The notes: generated by a model not told the origin, from the letters alone. A stretch of 64,000 nt of DNA from Myxococcota bacterium (GCA_041288095.1 JBGGMJ010000010.1:19581-83580), one strand, 5' to 3'; shown: positions 51,557-62,772, counted from the first letter of the stretch. Program-made: numbers and translations.

Positions 51557-51618
51557 CCGCTGCCGGTGCCGCGGCTCGGTGAGCCTGCCGCGGCGTCGCG
51601 GTCTTTTCGTTTTTTTTT
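51557..51618 (+). terminator. Rho-independent terminator
   Basis: GC stem GCCGCGGC...GCCGCGGC followed by TCTTTTCGTTTTTTTTT. Confidence 0.7.
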
Positions 51619-51620
51619 GC

Positions 51621-51647
51621 GCAACACTCACCGATCGCTGCCGATAA
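51621..51647 (+). promoter_or_regulatory. sigma28-like promoter (GCAA-N15-GCCGATAA)
   Basis: Exact FliA-type -10 box; GCGCAACAC-N10-CTGCCGATAAC is shared with the 60630-60659 copy. Confidence 0.6.
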
Positions 51648-51803
51648 CAAAAACTGACAAGCGATAAAGGGGCGGTTCACGTCTCTTTGTCGTCCGCATC
51701 GCTCGTGAACGACGTCGCGTTCGACGCGGCATGGATTTGTGTTGTCGGTAACTTTAATCCGCTATAGCGGCGTGGGGCTGCGCGGCGGAAAACGGGTGAA
51801 ACC

Positions 51804-52196
51804 ATGGGTGACACTGGAACTGGAACTGTTACGGGCTCGCGTCCTCCAATTCCGACTCTGCCGCAGACCGGGAACGGCGAGGCCGCACGCAGACTACAAG
51901 CGAGACCGCAGGCGGGCGACCCTTCGCGCCAGCTCAGCTCGGGCGAGCTATCCCCGGCGGATCGCCAGCGCTTGAACGAAGCCATGAGACAAATGGGTAC
52001 GTCTGGTAGCCAGGGCGAAGAGAGTCTGCGGCAGGGTATCGCTCCCGGCAACCGGCGAAACCTGCGAAACCAGCGCCTGCAGCGGAATCCGCGAGCCGAC
52101 GGTGAGAACGGCGCGGCTGGCATTCAAAACCAGATCCGCACCGATCAAGGTCAGCCCGGCGCTCCCGTCGACCCGCGCGTGCGCGGGCCTCGCTAA
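51804..52196 (+). CDS. Hypothetical low-complexity G/Q/R/N-rich protein
   Basis: 130-aa ORF with T/G/P-rich N-terminus, downstream of the sigma28-like promoter. Confidence 0.55.
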   Translation: MGDTGTGTVTGSRPPIPTLPQTGNGEAARRLQARPQAGDPSRQLSSGELSPADRQRLNEAMRQMGTSGSQGEESLRQGIAPGNRRNLRNQRLQRNPRADGENGAAGIQNQIRTDQGQPGAPVDPRVRGPR

Positions 52197-52218
52197 GTCG
52201 CGCTAGTCGCGCGCCGGT

Positions 52219-53928
52219 TCACTGCCGCGACGCTGGTGGGCGTCTGCGGCAGAAGAGGGTGGCACCGGCGAGGATGATTAGCTCCATGATAGCGGGGCCG
52301 GCGGCGTTACACCCGCCGGCCTCGCTCTCGCTCGGATCGTTCGAGCCCGAAGGGCTATCGCCGCCGCTGGGGCCATCGCCACCGCTCGGACCGCCGTCTC
52401 CGCCCGTGGGACCACCATCGTCAGCGGGAGCGTTCGCCGTGAATTCGGCGATGAGTGACACATCGGTATTGACCGCGATCGCGTACGGGTTGGTGCTGCC
52501 TGAAGGCGAGTTGCCCACGCGCCAGCCGGTGAAGGTGTGACCAGCGTCCGCTGTCGCGGTCGCGGTGACAATCGTGCCGGGGCTGTAAACGCCGCCGGCG
52601 GGCTCGAGCGCGACTGTGCCCTCACCGGTGACGTTGGCCAGCACATTGTACATGACCGGCGCGGCGGGGTCGGCGAACGTCACGCGGCGCGGTGGCGTCG
52701 ATCCAGGCGCGTTACCGGTGCTCGCGCACTGCGAACCTGCGTCGTAATACAGCGCGCCGGGGAGCGGGGCGTAGTTGTATTCGTACTCGACGCCGTAAGC
52801 GATGCCGTCGAAGTCGTAGTAGACGTCTTCGTACTGCGGATCGGTGCCGCCGGGCGTCGCCGCGCCGCCGACCGCGATCACGTTGTCGGGCCCGACCACG
52901 GGCGACATGTTGAAGACGAGGCTGCGCTGGATGACCCCGGTGACGCTACAGCACGCCGCTGGCCCCGAGCCTGGGTAGGGGTTCTGGCAGGTGGTGCCCG
53001 GGGCCGGATTTTGGTTCGAGTCGCAGAAGCATCCCGTGAAGTACGCGCGCGCGAACAAGCGCGCCCGCATGCCGGTGCTTGCGCCCCCCACGAGCTGCGC
53101 GCTGGGCTCCGCGAAGGTGAACTGAGCGTTGGTCGGATACGCGGCGCCACCGGCCGGACCGACGAACACGCCTTGCCAGGCGCCGGAGGAGGGAATGCCC
53201 GTCGAGTAGCCGCCGGGCGGCGCGTTGTAGGTCACCGTCGGATTGCCCGGACTGTTGTCGAGGAGCTCCGCGCCGCCGAGCACGAAGTCGTTGGCGCTGG
53301 CGATGCCTGAGAGCTGCGTCGAGCTGACGACGGGGATCTCGATGCGCAGCGCCTTGCCTTGAGGCAACGGCCAATACGGTTGGAGCTGCGGCGGGATCCC
53401 GATGAAACCACCGCCGATCGTCGTGTAGGAGCTCAGCGTCGTCGGGCAGTTGCCGTCCGTGATCTGCTGCTCGGCACCGAAGTTACCGAGGAAGCAGCGG
53501 ATGGGATGCGAGCCGTCGACCGCCAGCTGCGTGTTCGGCGGCAAGCGGATCTCGGGATTGACCCACATGCCGCTGCAGCCGAGTCCGCCGACCATGACGC
53601 GCACGTAATAGGTCTCGCCGACGCGCGGATAACCCTGGAACCCCGCGTAGACCCAGGCGAGGTCCTCCTGAATGGCCGGATAGATGCCCTGCCAACACAG
53701 GTGCTGTGTCCGCGATGGCGAACCGTCGTTCCAAACTTGGGCGCGCGCCGTGCCCGCCACCAGAAGAACAGCGAGCCCGGCAGCGAGCGCGAAGTTACGC
53801 CGCGCGCTTGTCGCCCTTGAGCATCTGGCGGAGGACGTAGACGAGAATGCCGCCGTTTCGCCAGTAGTCGACTTCGTTGGGAGTATCGAGACGCGCACGA
53901 ACTTCGAACTCGACGGATTTACCGCCAT
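52219..53928 (-). CDS. Secreted Cys/Gly/Pro-rich protein with Flg_new/InlB-B-repeat-like domain and MYXO-CTERM-like tail
   Basis: Signal [41 protein letters not shown]-hydrophobic-RRR C-terminus; start ambiguous (overlaps acnA). Confidence 0.75.
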   Translation of the reverse strand: MAVNPSSSKFVRVSILPTKSTTGETAAFSSTSSARCSRATSARRNFALAAGLAVLLVAGTARAQVWNDGSPSRTQHLCWQGIYPAIQEDLAWVYAGFQGYPRVGETYYVRVMVGGLGCSGMWVNPEIRLPPNTQLAVDGSHPIRCFLGNFGAEQQITDGNCPTTLSSYTTIGGGFIGIPPQLQPYWPLPQGKALRIEIPVVSSTQLSGIASANDFVLGGAELLDNSPGNPTVTYNAPPGGYSTGIPSSGAWQGVFVGPAGGAAYPTNAQFTFAEPSAQLVGGASTGMRARLFARAYFTGCFCDSNQNPAPGTTCQNPYPGSGPAACCSVTGVIQRSLVFNMSPVVGPDNVIAVGGAATPGGTDPQYEDVYYDFDGIAYGVEYEYNYAPLPGALYYDAGSQCASTGNAPGSTPPRRVTFADPAAPVMYNVLANVTGEGTVALEPAGGVYSPGTIVTATATADAGHTFTGWRVGNSPSGSTNPYAIAVNTDVSLIAEFTANAPADDGGPTGGDGGPSGGDGPSGGDSPSGSNDPSESEAGGCNAAGPAIMELIILAGATLFCRRRPPASRQ

Positions 53929-56488
53929 CGCCTACCGCCTTTACCTTGAGCATTTTGCCCGGCTTCACATCGCCAGCGACGCCGGTGATCTCGAAGGTCT
54001 CTTTGCCGGTGAGACCCAACGAAGCCACGTCTTCGCCCTGCTTGAATTGCAACGGTAGCACGCCCATGCCGATGAGGTTCGAGCGATGAATGCGCTCGAA
54101 GCTCTTGGCGATGACGGCTTTCACGCCCAACAGCTGCGTGCCCTTGGCCGCCCAGTCACGGGACGAGCCGGTGCCGTATTCGGCGCCCGCCAAGACCACG
54201 AGCGGCGTCTTTTCCTTCTGGTAACGCATGGCAGCGTCGAAGATCGCCATCTGCTCGCCGGTTGGAACGTGAATGGTGACGCCACCTTCGACGCCAGGGA
54301 CCATCGCGTTCTTCAAGCGAATGTTCGCGAAAGTGCCGCGCATCATGACTTCGTGGTTACCGCGGCGCGCGCCGTAGCTGTTGAAGTCCTTGACGTCGAC
54401 ACCGTGCTCTTTGAGGTAGCGAGCCGCCGGACCATCCTTGGCGATGTCACCGGCCGGCGAGATGTGGTCGGTGGTGACGCTGTCACCCAGCACCGCCAGC
54501 GCGCGAGCGCCCTTGATGTCCGCCATGGCGGACGGCTCGGGGGCCAGGTTGTCGAAGAAGGGCGGTAGCTGGACGTAGGTCGAGTCCTTGTCCCAAGCGT
54601 AGAAGGCGCCCTTCGGCACCTCGAGCTTGCGCCAGCCCTCTTCGCCCTCGAACACCTGGGCGTACTGCGTGGCGAAGTGCTCGGGCTTCACGGCCGTGCG
54701 CACCACCTCGTTGACCTCGTCGGGGGTCGGCCAGATGTCGGCGAGCATGACGGGGTCGCCATCGGACGAGAGCCCGAGCGGCTCCTTGTCGAAGTCGATG
54801 GTGGAGCGGCCCGCCAAGGCGTACGCCACGACCAGCGGCGGCGAAGCCAGGAAGTTCATGCGCACATGCGGCGAGATACGGCCTTCGAAGTTGCGGTTGC
54901 CCGAGAGCACGGCGCCGACGGTCAGATCACCAAGCTTTATGGCCGCGGTGATATCGTCGGGCAACGGTCCGCTATTGCCGATGCACGTCGTGCAGCCGTA
55001 ACCAACCGTGTGGAAGCCCACGCCCTCGAGGAACGGCGTGAGATTCGCTTCGTTGAGGTACTCGCTGACGACCTTCGAGCCGGGGGCGAGCGAGGTCTTG
55101 ACCCAGGGCTTCACGCGCAAGCCCTTCTCGACCGCCTTCTTGGCGAGCAGGCCGGCCGCGAGCATGACGCTCGGGTTCGACGTGTTCGTGCAGGAGGTGA
55201 TCGCCGCGAGCACGACCGAGCCGTGAGCCAGATCGAAGCTCATGCCGTCACGGGTGATGGCCACGGTCTTCTTGATGTCGCCCTTGACGAGCTCCGCCAT
55301 CGCCTTGCCGATGGTGTCCTTTGCAGCGGACAGGGGGATGCGATCTTGCGGCCGCTTGGGGCCCGCGATCGACGGCACCACCTCGGCGAGGTCGAGCTCG
55401 AGCGTGTCGCTGAAGACCGGATCCGGCGTCTTGCCGTCGCGGAAGAGACCCTGGCGCTTGGCGTAGGCCTCGGCGACCGCGACCTGCTCCTGCGAGCGGT
55501 GAGTGAACGCGAGGTATTTGATGGTCTCCGCGTCGACTGGGAAGAAGCCCATGGTGGCGCCGTATTCGGGCGCCATGTTGGCGATGGTCGCGCGGTCGGC
55601 GACCGATAGCGCATCGAGGCCCGGGCCGAAGAACTCGACGAACTTGTCGACTACTCCTTTTTTGCGGAGCATCTGCGTGACCGTGAGCACGAGATCGGTC
55701 GCGGTCGCGCCGGGCTTGAGCTTGCCTTTGAGCTTGAAGCCGATGACCTGCGGGATGAGCATCGAAACCGGCTGGCCCAGCATCGCCGCCTCGGCTTCGA
55801 TGCCGCCGACGCCCCAACCGAGGACGCCGAGTCCGTTCACCATCGTGGTGTGCGAGTCCGTGCCGACGAGCGTGTCGGGGTAGACGACGTTGTCTTTGCT
55901 CACGTAGGCGACCTTGGCGAGGTACTCGAGGTTCACCTGGTGGCAGATGCCCGTACCCGGCGGCACGACCGAGAAGTTGTCGAAGGCCTGCTGGCCCCAG
56001 CGCAAGAAGACATAGCGCTCCTTGTTACGGCCCATCTCGATCGCGGTGTTGAGCTTGAGCGATTGGACGCTGCCGAACTTGTCGACTTGCACCGAGTGGT
56101 CGATGACCAGGTCGACTTGCTGCAGGGGGTTGATGCGCTTGGGGTCGCCGCCGAGCTTCTTCACCGCGTCGCGCATGGCCGCGAGGTCGACGACACAGGG
56201 GACGCCGGTGAAGTCCTGCAGAAGGACGCGCGCCGGGTGGTAGGCGATTTCCTTGTCCGGGGTCTTGGTCGGCTCCCAGTTCACGACCGCCATGACGTCG
56301 TCCTTGGTGGCGACGCGGCCGTCTTCGTGACGGAGCAGGTTCTCGAGGAGGACGCGCAGGGAGAAGGGAAGCTTGGCCACCTGGGGATGGTCTTTGGTGA
56401 GCTTGGCGAGGTCGTAGACCGTGTAGTCCTTGGCGCCGACCTTCATGGTGTCGCGGGTCTTGAAGGTGTCGTTCGATTTGACCGTCAT
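53795..56488 (-). CDS. acnA: Aconitate hydratase A
   Basis: [62 protein letters not shown]. Confidence 0.98.
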   Translation of the reverse strand: MTVKSNDTFKTRDTMKVGAKDYTVYDLAKLTKDHPQVAKLPFSLRVLLENLLRHEDGRVATKDDVMAVVNWEPTKTPDKEIAYHPARVLLQDFTGVPCVVDLAAMRDAVKKLGGDPKRINPLQQVDLVIDHSVQVDKFGSVQSLKLNTAIEMGRNKERYVFLRWGQQAFDNFSVVPPGTGICHQVNLEYLAKVAYVSKDNVVYPDTLVGTDSHTTMVNGLGVLGWGVGGIEAEAAMLGQPVSMLIPQVIGFKLKGKLKPGATATDLVLTVTQMLRKKGVVDKFVEFFGPGLDALSVADRATIANMAPEYGATMGFFPVDAETIKYLAFTHRSQEQVAVAEAYAKRQGLFRDGKTPDPVFSDTLELDLAEVVPSIAGPKRPQDRIPLSAAKDTIGKAMAELVKGDIKKTVAITRDGMSFDLAHGSVVLAAITSCTNTSNPSVMLAAGLLAKKAVEKGLRVKPWVKTSLAPGSKVVSEYLNEANLTPFLEGVGFHTVGYGCTTCIGNSGPLPDDITAAIKLGDLTVGAVLSGNRNFEGRISPHVRMNFLASPPLVVAYALAGRSTIDFDKEPLGLSSDGDPVMLADIWPTPDEVNEVVRTAVKPEHFATQYAQVFEGEEGWRKLEVPKGAFYAWDKDSTYVQLPPFFDNLAPEPSAMADIKGARALAVLGDSVTTDHISPAGDIAKDGPAARYLKEHGVDVKDFNSYGARRGNHEVMMRGTFANIRLKNAMVPGVEGGVTIHVPTGEQMAIFDAAMRYQKEKTPLVVLAGAEYGTGSSRDWAAKGTQLLGVKAVIAKSFERIHRSNLIGMGVLPLQFKQGEDVASLGLTGKETFEITGVAGDVKPGKMLKVKAVGDGGKSVEFEVRARLDTPNEVDYWRNGGILVYVLRQMLKGDKRAA

Positions 56489-56578
56489 GGCGAGAGAATC
56501 CTTTCGATTGGGGGCGGGAAATAGCGCTGTGGGAGGGATCTCGCAATGGTTGTCCGCGCGTGTCGTTCGCGGCGCGCG

Positions 56579-57160
56579 TCAACCGGCCGAGACGCCACAC
56601 CGCAGCACGTTCACCAAACCCCGCACGAACATCTCGCGCGGCATCGGCAGCTCGTCGTGTCCACCCTCGACGCTCTCCATGTACGCATACGTGACGAGCC
56701 CGCCGATGAACGTGCGCGCGACGATCTCCGGATCATGCCGCCGCATGCGTCCGCAGCGCATCTCGGCTTCGAAATACGACGCCAGCTTCTTCACCATCCG
56801 CGGTAGCGGACCGGTGCTTTTCAGCTCCGTACCGCGGTTGGACCACTGGAGGATCTTCACGGGAATGGCCACGTGAAAGTGCTCGATGCCGTGCATTCCG
56901 AGCGCGACCAGGTTCTCGACTAGGTCGCCGCGATTCACGTTCGCGCACAGATCCAAAAGCCAAGACGGCTCGACGAGCTCGAGCTCCATCGCCGCGTGAA
57001 AGAGCTCGTCCTTGGTGTCGAAGCGGTTGAAGATCGTGCCTTCCGACACGCCCGCCCTGAGAGCGACCTCCGCGGTCGTGGCCTTTAGGCCTCGGGCCAG
57101 GAAGACCTCGCGGGCAGCGTCCAAAATGTCGCGGTCGGACACTTTGATTGGGCGAGCCAT
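56579..57160 (-). CDS. TetR/AcrR family regulator
   Basis: ILDAAREVFLARG..ATTAEVA.RAGVSEGTIF.RF.TKDELF. Confidence 0.92.
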   Translation of the reverse strand: MARPIKVSDRDILDAAREVFLARGLKATTAEVALRAGVSEGTIFNRFDTKDELFHAAMELELVEPSWLLDLCANVNRGDLVENLVALGMHGIEHFHVAIPVKILQWSNRGTELKSTGPLPRMVKKLASYFEAEMRCGRMRRHDPEIVARTFIGGLVTYAYMESVEGGHDELPMPREMFVRGLVNVLRCGVSAG

Positions 57161-57247
57161 GCCGAGCCCCGTTGTTGAGTCCCCACTCAGTAACATACGT
57201 GGCCATGGGGTGGCGTCAAGATCGCCGCCGTGGTTTACCGCTAGACG

Positions 57248-57982
57248 ATGTCTACGGGTAACGACGACGACGGACAGCCCCTGGATGATGAGTCGACGCT
57301 CGCCCGGCCCAGGCCGCGGCTCGTCCCCTCGATCAACAACGAGCCGACCGTGGTGAGCGGCATGCACGGCGCCGACCTCGATGACGTGCCGCGCCCTCGC
57401 ATCAGCGATCGTTGGCGGCGCATGGCGCCCATCCTGCTGGTGCTGGTCGCCGTTCTCGCGATGGGCCCATTCATCAGCCGCTTCATCGATACCTACCGCG
57501 CCGTCGTCATGGACGTGCAAGACGACAAGATGATGGTTGCGCAGCCCATGCGGCCGCCGCGATGGATCTCGGCGATCGAGGTGAAGCCGGGCACCGTGGT
57601 GCTCAAAGAGCCCTTCAGCTGGAACCCGCATGCGGTCGAGCCAACTCCCAAGGACGCGCCGCTGCTCGAGCTCGCGGAGCGCTGGCAGTCGTCCTACGAG
57701 GGGGTCATCGTCGAGATGCGTCCACCGAACGCACCCGGACGTGGCGCCATCGCCGTGGTCCAGACCCCCGACGGTAACCGTTTCGAGGTCTCGATGTTCG
57801 CCGAGCATCTGGCGACCGCGTCGGTCGGCCGCTTGCTGCACAAGGAGCCGGGCTCGTGGGACCCTGTCATGATGCCGGTCGGAAAGGGGCCGTCGGGTAG
57901 CTTTTCGCTGAATCCGAAAGGCGAGAACCGACCGCCGGAGCCCCCCAAACCCGACGCGCCCAAACCGGCTCCCGCCCCTTGA
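57248..57982 (+). CDS. Hypothetical single-pass membrane protein
   Basis: 244-aa ORF, one TM (MAPILLVLVAVLAMGPF), Pro-rich tail. Confidence 0.65.
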   Translation: MSTGNDDDGQPLDDESTLARPRPRLVPSINNEPTVVSGMHGADLDDVPRPRISDRWRRMAPILLVLVAVLAMGPFISRFIDTYRAVVMDVQDDKMMVAQPMRPPRWISAIEVKPGTVVLKEPFSWNPHAVEPTPKDAPLLELAERWQSSYEGVIVEMRPPNAPGRGAIAVVQTPDGNRFEVSMFAEHLATASVGRLLHKEPGSWDPVMMPVGKGPSGSFSLNPKGENRPPEPPKPDAPKPAPAP

Positions 57983-58030
57983 GGCGCTTATTTTTAGCGC
58001 TGGGCCGCGTATGACGTACGATAGCGCCCG

Positions 58031-60178
58031 ATGCCCGTAGGTCTCGAGAGCTTGGGACTTCGCATGGGGCTGCGCGAGCGGCTCATCGCCGTGCTGCTCT
58101 TCGCGGTGCTCGGCAGCGGTGTGGTCGTCGGCGTCGCCACGCAGTTCCTCCTGCGCGGCCGCATCATCAAAGAGCTCACCGGCCGCACGGACATCATCAA
58201 CCAAGCACTCGACGCATCGGTCGACGTCGCTCGCGCGGTGAAGGGTCGTGACGCCGCCGCCGCTCAGGCCTTTCTCGAAAAGCTGCTCTCGGCGGAGCCC
58301 GAGCTGGTCTACGCCATCGTCTTCGTCGGTGAGCCCGAGAACGCTCGCGCCGTCGCTTGGGCGAGCACGACGCCGATCGTCGAGGGCCTCGACATCACGC
58401 GCGCCGAGAATCGCGCCGCGCTACTCAAGCGCGTGTTTGCTTCAGCGGACGCCGACGCCGGTTCGGACATCGTGCATCGCGCCGTCACCTTGCACCCGCA
58501 GGCGCTGCCGACGGAAGACCCGTCCGCTGGTCCACCCGACATCGACGCGCTCATGGGGTTTCAGGGCGCGGCGCTCTTCGGCATGACTCCGGACGTCGAG
58601 CTCAGCCGGTTCCGCACCGTCATTCTCTACGTCACCATCACCTCGGGCCTCATCGTCATCATCATCTTGTGGTGGTTCTTCAGTCGCGTCTCCGGGCGCA
58701 TCGAGCTCTTGCTCGGCTACGCCGGTCGCATCGCCGACGGCGATCTCACCCACAAGATTGATGACCAATCCGGTGACGAGTTCGGCCAGCTCGCCAACGC
58801 GCTGACCTCGATCACGAAGGGCCTTGGTTACACCATCGCCCAGGTGCGCACGACGTCGCTCGAGATGGACTCCGTGTCGAACCGCGTGCGCGACGCTTCG
58901 CGCCAGATCGCCACCGACGCCGGCACGCAAGCGATGTCCGTCCGCCAAACCGGAACCGCGATGAGCAATATGTCGCGCGCCTCGCTCACCTTCGAAACGC
59001 AGATCAACGACGTGTCTCGTGCCGCCGAGCTTTCATCCGACCGCCTGCGTGATATCAGCGGCGCCGTCGATCGCATCACCAGCACGGTGCATCAGGTCGC
59101 TACCGCGGTCGATCAGACGCGCGAGCATCTCGAGAACAACGTGGCGCGCCTCTCCGAGGTCGATCGTGCCGTCGATCGCTTGAACAGCGCGGCGGAAGGC
59201 ACCGCCAACGCGACCACGCAGATCACCAACAGCATCGGCAGTGTCGAACGCAGCACGGACGAGGCGTTGCAGATGTCGCGAGACACGTCGCGCAAGGCCG
59301 AGAGCGGCGTCTCCGCGGTGAAGGATACTCTCGAGGGTATCCGGCGTATACGCTCGTTCACCAACGATACCGTCGAGTCCGTGCGCTTCTTGTCGCAGAA
59401 GGTCGCCTCGATCGAGCGCATCCTCGATGTCATCGACGACATCGCCAACCAAACGAAGCTGCTCTCGCTCAATGCGTCCATCATCGCGGCCGGCGCCGGC
59501 GAGCACGGACGCGGCTTCCTCGTGGTCGCCGAAGAGATCAAAGCGCTCGCCAGCAAGACCGCTGGATCGACCCGTGAGATCTCGGGCGTCATCACCGAGG
59601 TGCTCAAGGTCTCGGGCAACGTCATCGACGTCGCCGAGCGCGGAGTGCGCATCGTCGACGAAGGCGTCGACCGCAGCGAACATGCCGACCAAGTCTTGTC
59701 ATCGATCTTGGACGCCTCGACGCGCACCGGCGCCTTGGTGCGCACCATCGCCGCCGCCATGACCGAGCAAGCGCGCAGCGCGCTCCAGGTGAACCAGGCG
59801 ATGCAGGACGTGCACTCGATCGCCGTGCGCGTACGCGGCATCGTCAGCTCACAAAAGACGGAGTCGAGCGCGCTCGAGAACTCGATGCGTCAGATGCGCG
59901 CCCTCATGGAGCGCTCGCTCGCCACCGCCAAGGAACAAGCGGTGCAGGTCACCGAGGCCATCGAGGCCATCGGCAGCATCTTCCAGCAGATCCAGCTGGT
60001 CTCGACGACCAACCAAGAACAGGCGCGCAGCCGCGGCGAGGTCGCCAAGGCCTTCGAAGTGCTCGAGGGTCTCTCCGAGCGCCACCGCGATAGCGCACGG
60101 CAGCTCGCCACGGCGGTCGAGCAAGCCACGGCGCAGACCATCGCGCTCACGAGCGCCATCAAGGTCTTCCGCGTCTAA
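58031..60178 (+). CDS. Methyl-accepting chemotaxis protein
   Basis: Two TM segments, HAMP, QTKLLSLNASIIAAGAGEHGRGFLVVAEEIKALA. Confidence 0.93.
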   Translation: MPVGLESLGLRMGLRERLIAVLLFAVLGSGVVVGVATQFLLRGRIIKELTGRTDIINQALDASVDVARAVKGRDAAAAQAFLEKLLSAEPELVYAIVFVGEPENARAVAWASTTPIVEGLDITRAENRAALLKRVFASADADAGSDIVHRAVTLHPQALPTEDPSAGPPDIDALMGFQGAALFGMTPDVELSRFRTVILYVTITSGLIVIIILWWFFSRVSGRIELLLGYAGRIADGDLTHKIDDQSGDEFGQLANALTSITKGLGYTIAQVRTTSLEMDSVSNRVRDASRQIATDAGTQAMSVRQTGTAMSNMSRASLTFETQINDVSRAAELSSDRLRDISGAVDRITSTVHQVATAVDQTREHLENNVARLSEVDRAVDRLNSAAEGTANATTQITNSIGSVERSTDEALQMSRDTSRKAESGVSAVKDTLEGIRRIRSFTNDTVESVRFLSQKVASIERILDVIDDIANQTKLLSLNASIIAAGAGEHGRGFLVVAEEIKALASKTAGSTREISGVITEVLKVSGNVIDVAERGVRIVDEGVDRSEHADQVLSSILDASTRTGALVRTIAAAMTEQARSALQVNQAMQDVHSIAVRVRGIVSSQKTESSALENSMRQMRALMERSLATAKEQAVQVTEAIEAIGSIFQQIQLVSTTNQEQARSRGEVAKAFEVLEGLSERHRDSARQLATAVEQATAQTIALTSAIKVFRV

Positions 60179-60196
60179 GCGCGCCTGCGCGGCACC

Positions 60197-60240
60197 AAAA
60201 AAGAAAAAGGCCGAGCCAACAATGGGGTTGTGGCTCGGCC
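60197..60240 (-). terminator. Rho-independent terminator
   Basis: Stem GGCCGAGCCA/TGGCTCGGCC with an adjacent A-tract (U-tract on the minus strand). Confidence 0.7.
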
Positions 60241-60277
60241 GTCTGAGGGCTTTTTGACTAAACGATAGAACGTTCGG

Positions 60278-60553
60278 TCAGGCAGGACTGTGTTTGATCG
60301 TATACTTCAAGAAGTCTTCGCACATGGTCAGGTAACGCTGGTCGCCGGTCTCGGCGAAGGTTCCGTAAAACTGAATCGAGTGTTGCAGGCTTTGCGAGAG
60401 GCGCATGGCGCCGCCGCCGCCGCGGTTGTGGCCGAGACGATGCTCGAAGGTCTGAGCCAAGCTCGAGAACCAACGCACACCGCGCCGATGTTCGGGGGTA
60501 AGCGGTTTGCACACGTGGTATCGCGAAGAGGACGTCTGGGCTTGCTCTTTCAT
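60278..60553 (-). CDS. Small hypothetical protein (~91 aa)
   Basis: Flanked by a sigma28-like promoter, a GAGG RBS and a terminator. Confidence 0.55.
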   Translation of the reverse strand: MKEQAQTSSSRYHVCKPLTPEHRRGVRWFSSLAQTFEHRLGHNRGGGGAMRLSQSLQHSIQFYGTFAETGDQRYLTMCEDFLKYTIKHSPA

Positions 60554-60630
60554 CGAACCCAACCTCGCTGTGACGCCCCTGGTTTCGCTCCCCCGAGGTA
60601 AACCAAGCGCTGAGCGTCTTACGTGTTGAG

Positions 60631-60657
60631 TTATCGGCAGGCCGAGGCGGGTGTTGC
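60631..60657 (-). promoter_or_regulatory. sigma28-like promoter (GCAA-N15-GCCGATAA)
   Basis: Exact motif and spacing. Confidence 0.6.
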
Positions 60658-60791
60658 GCGGATATAGTCGAGAAAGTACGTCGACGTACGTAGGCTATGG
60701 CATTGAAAATGCAGAAGAAACCGGAGGGTCAGCCCGGAGACGGAGGGGCAGAGGGACCGAGACGATCGCGGGCAAGCGATGATCGACGCGC

Positions 60792-61388
60792 CTACTGGTT
60801 CCTGCTCTTCATGATGTCCGCGAGCACCCTGAGCGCCTGCGCCGTCGCCGCGCCGAGAGCGCGGGCACGCTGGGTCGCTGGATGCTTACCCTCGGGATCG
60901 AGCTTCACGATGAACTCGAGGTCGTCGAGCGCCGCGTCGAAGTTCGCCTTCTGCAAGAGCAGATCGGCGCGATTGACGCGCGCCTGGATGTTGTCCTTGT
61001 CGAGCTCGATGGCGACGTTGTAGGCGCGCATCGCCTTCTCAGGCTCGTCGAGCATCTGCAAGCACGCGCCCCACATCGCCTGGAAGTACGAGTTCTCCGG
61101 CTTCATGGTGACGAGGTTTGCGAAGATGCGCGCCGCGTCCATGAAGCGGCCGTTCTGGTAGAAGTCGTAGGCGTATTTCGCGAAGCCGACCGCGTCTTCG
61201 TCGGTGAACCCGAGCAGCTCGGCCGAGCCGATCTCGCCGCTCAAGAACCTGAAGACATTTTGCTCGGTGAAGCTCGACTCGATGGTCGCCTGGTTGATCG
61301 CGACCGTCGGTGTGCCGACGCCGATGTCTGGATCGGGGACGACGATGTCGGAAGACTTCTTCGGCTTGCCTTCGTTTGCCACCAGCAT
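60792..61388 (-). CDS. TPR protein, SycD/LcrH-like T3SS class II chaperone
   Basis: AYDFYQNGRFMDAARIF..L....P....F...GACLQ......A...Y..A: three-TPR pattern typical of translocator chaperones. Confidence 0.75.
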   Translation of the reverse strand: MLVANEGKPKKSSDIVVPDPDIGVGTPTVAINQATIESSFTEQNVFRFLSGEIGSAELLGFTDEDAVGFAKYAYDFYQNGRFMDAARIFANLVTMKPENSYFQAMWGACLQMLDEPEKAMRAYNVAIELDKDNIQARVNRADLLLQKANFDAALDDLEFIVKLDPEGKHPATQRARALGAATAQALRVLADIMKSRNQ

Positions 61389-61447
61389 GCGCTCCTCGCC
61401 GTATCCTACCCTGGATGTGGGTGTGGCGCCACCAGCAGGGGAAGGGA

Positions 61448-61472
61448 TGCCCGCGGCAAGGCGCCGCGGGCA
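61448..61472. other. Intergenic perfect 10-bp hairpin without U-tract
   Basis: TGCCCGCGGC-AAGGC-GCCGCGGGCA between the translocator-like gene and the chaperone gene. Confidence 0.5.
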
Positions 61473-61479
61473 CTAGCCT

Positions 61480-62688
61480 TTAGCGAATATTACGAACGGC
61501 GGTCATCGCCATTTCGTGGAGCGTCTTACTCACGTTCGAGGTCATATCCATGATCATCTTCCAGTTCTGGATGAGGATCTGGACCTCTTGCATGAGGACC
61601 GTGGTGCTCTTCGAGCCACCCGAGAGCGCACCTTCGACGCCGTTCACCATCTCACCGAACTGCTTGACCGCCATACCGGCTGCCATGCCGACCGGATTGA
61701 AGATGCCGCCGATGCTCAAGATGCCGCCGACCATCTCCGCGGCGTCGCGGCGCTGCTGCATGCGGCGCTCACGCTGCTCTTGGATGACGACCTCTTCCAT
61801 CTTCTCGCGCAGCTTGTCCTCGTACTTATCGGACATGTACGCCATGAAGTAGTAGATGAGGCTCTCGATCGAGATGCCGGGGCTGTTGATGAGCGACAGC
61901 ATGTTGTAGTCGCCGAAGTTCGAGGCGACCGAGCGCATCTGCTTGCGCAGCTGGAACTGGATGCCGTCGGTTGCACCGAGCATCGCCGAGCCCATCGACA
62001 AGAGACCGAGGCCGCCGCCCATGCCGCGCATGGTGCCCATGCCGGGGATATTGCCGAGGCCGCCGAGCGCATTGCGGGCCGCCATGTCGCCGCCCGGCAC
62101 GGTGCCGTTCGCCGCAGCGGACCGGAGAGCGCCGACCGCGTCGCGTGACGCCGGCTCCAAGCGCATCGTGTGAATGGCGAAGCCTTGCGGCTGACCCTGC
62201 GCGTTGACGGTCGGCACGACGCCGTGCTCGCGACGGAGCTCCTCGTCGACCTTGCGCGCGTCGCCGCCGTGGCGCTGCTGGAGCTCGCTGCGGAGCTGCG
62301 AGAACGGAACCTGCTGACCCGCCGCGTTGATGAACTGCGTGTCGTTGTGGATGTTGACGAAGTTAGGGTCGGCGCTTGTCTGTCCGTTGCGGACGATACG
62401 CGGGGCTTCGGTGACAGACGCGGCCGGTGGCTCGGTGACGGTGCCGGTCGGCGCGGCGCTCGCGGCGCGACCTTGTCGATCGCGTGTGACGAGGCGTGGA
62501 GCCATCTGGTCGGTCGGGCTCGCGGTACCGAACATGCGACTGAGGACCGAGTTGCTCTGCGCGTTGTAGTCCGTCGTACCGTTGGCGTGCTGCAACGAGT
62601 TCGCGACGATCTGCTGTACGGCAGGATCGAGCCCCTGAATCTGGCGCTGCTGGTCGGGAGTCAATCCTGCGATATTGATACCAGTCAT
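61480..62688 (-). CDS. T3SS translocator/needle-like secreted protein
   Basis: Low-complexity N-half, coiled coil, hydrophobic MVGGILSIGGIFNPVGMAAGMAV, C-terminus SNVSKTLHEMAMTAVRNIR; AGAGGA RBS. Confidence 0.55.
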   Translation of the reverse strand: MTGINIAGLTPDQQRQIQGLDPAVQQIVANSLQHANGTTDYNAQSNSVLSRMFGTASPTDQMAPRLVTRDRQGRAASAAPTGTVTEPPAASVTEAPRIVRNGQTSADPNFVNIHNDTQFINAAGQQVPFSQLRSELQQRHGGDARKVDEELRREHGVVPTVNAQGQPQGFAIHTMRLEPASRDAVGALRSAAANGTVPGGDMAARNALGGLGNIPGMGTMRGMGGGLGLLSMGSAMLGATDGIQFQLRKQMRSVASNFGDYNMLSLINSPGISIESLIYYFMAYMSDKYEDKLREKMEEVVIQEQRERRMQQRRDAAEMVGGILSIGGIFNPVGMAAGMAVKQFGEMVNGVEGALSGGSKSTTVLMQEVQILIQNWKMIMDMTSNVSKTLHEMAMTAVRNIR

Positions 62689-62745
62689 CGGATCCTCTAC
62701 GACGAGACCGCAACACACCCAGTGTCGCGATCAGTGTTACTCAGT

Positions 62746-62772
62746 TTATCGGCGGCGCGTATCTCGAGTTGC
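62746..62772 (-). promoter_or_regulatory. sigma28-like promoter (GCAA-N15-GCCGATAA)
   Basis: Exact motif and spacing, ~58 nt upstream of ATG 62688. Confidence 0.6.

Noticed and set aside
52170-52196. C-terminal RGPR as a second arrest peptide
   Set aside because: Not RGPP/RAPP, no targeting segment, and no co-oriented downstream gene
56579-58204. 541-aa ORF as a long TetR fusion
   Set aside because: The region upstream of 57160 is antisense to two real plus-strand genes; TetR starts at MARP (57160)
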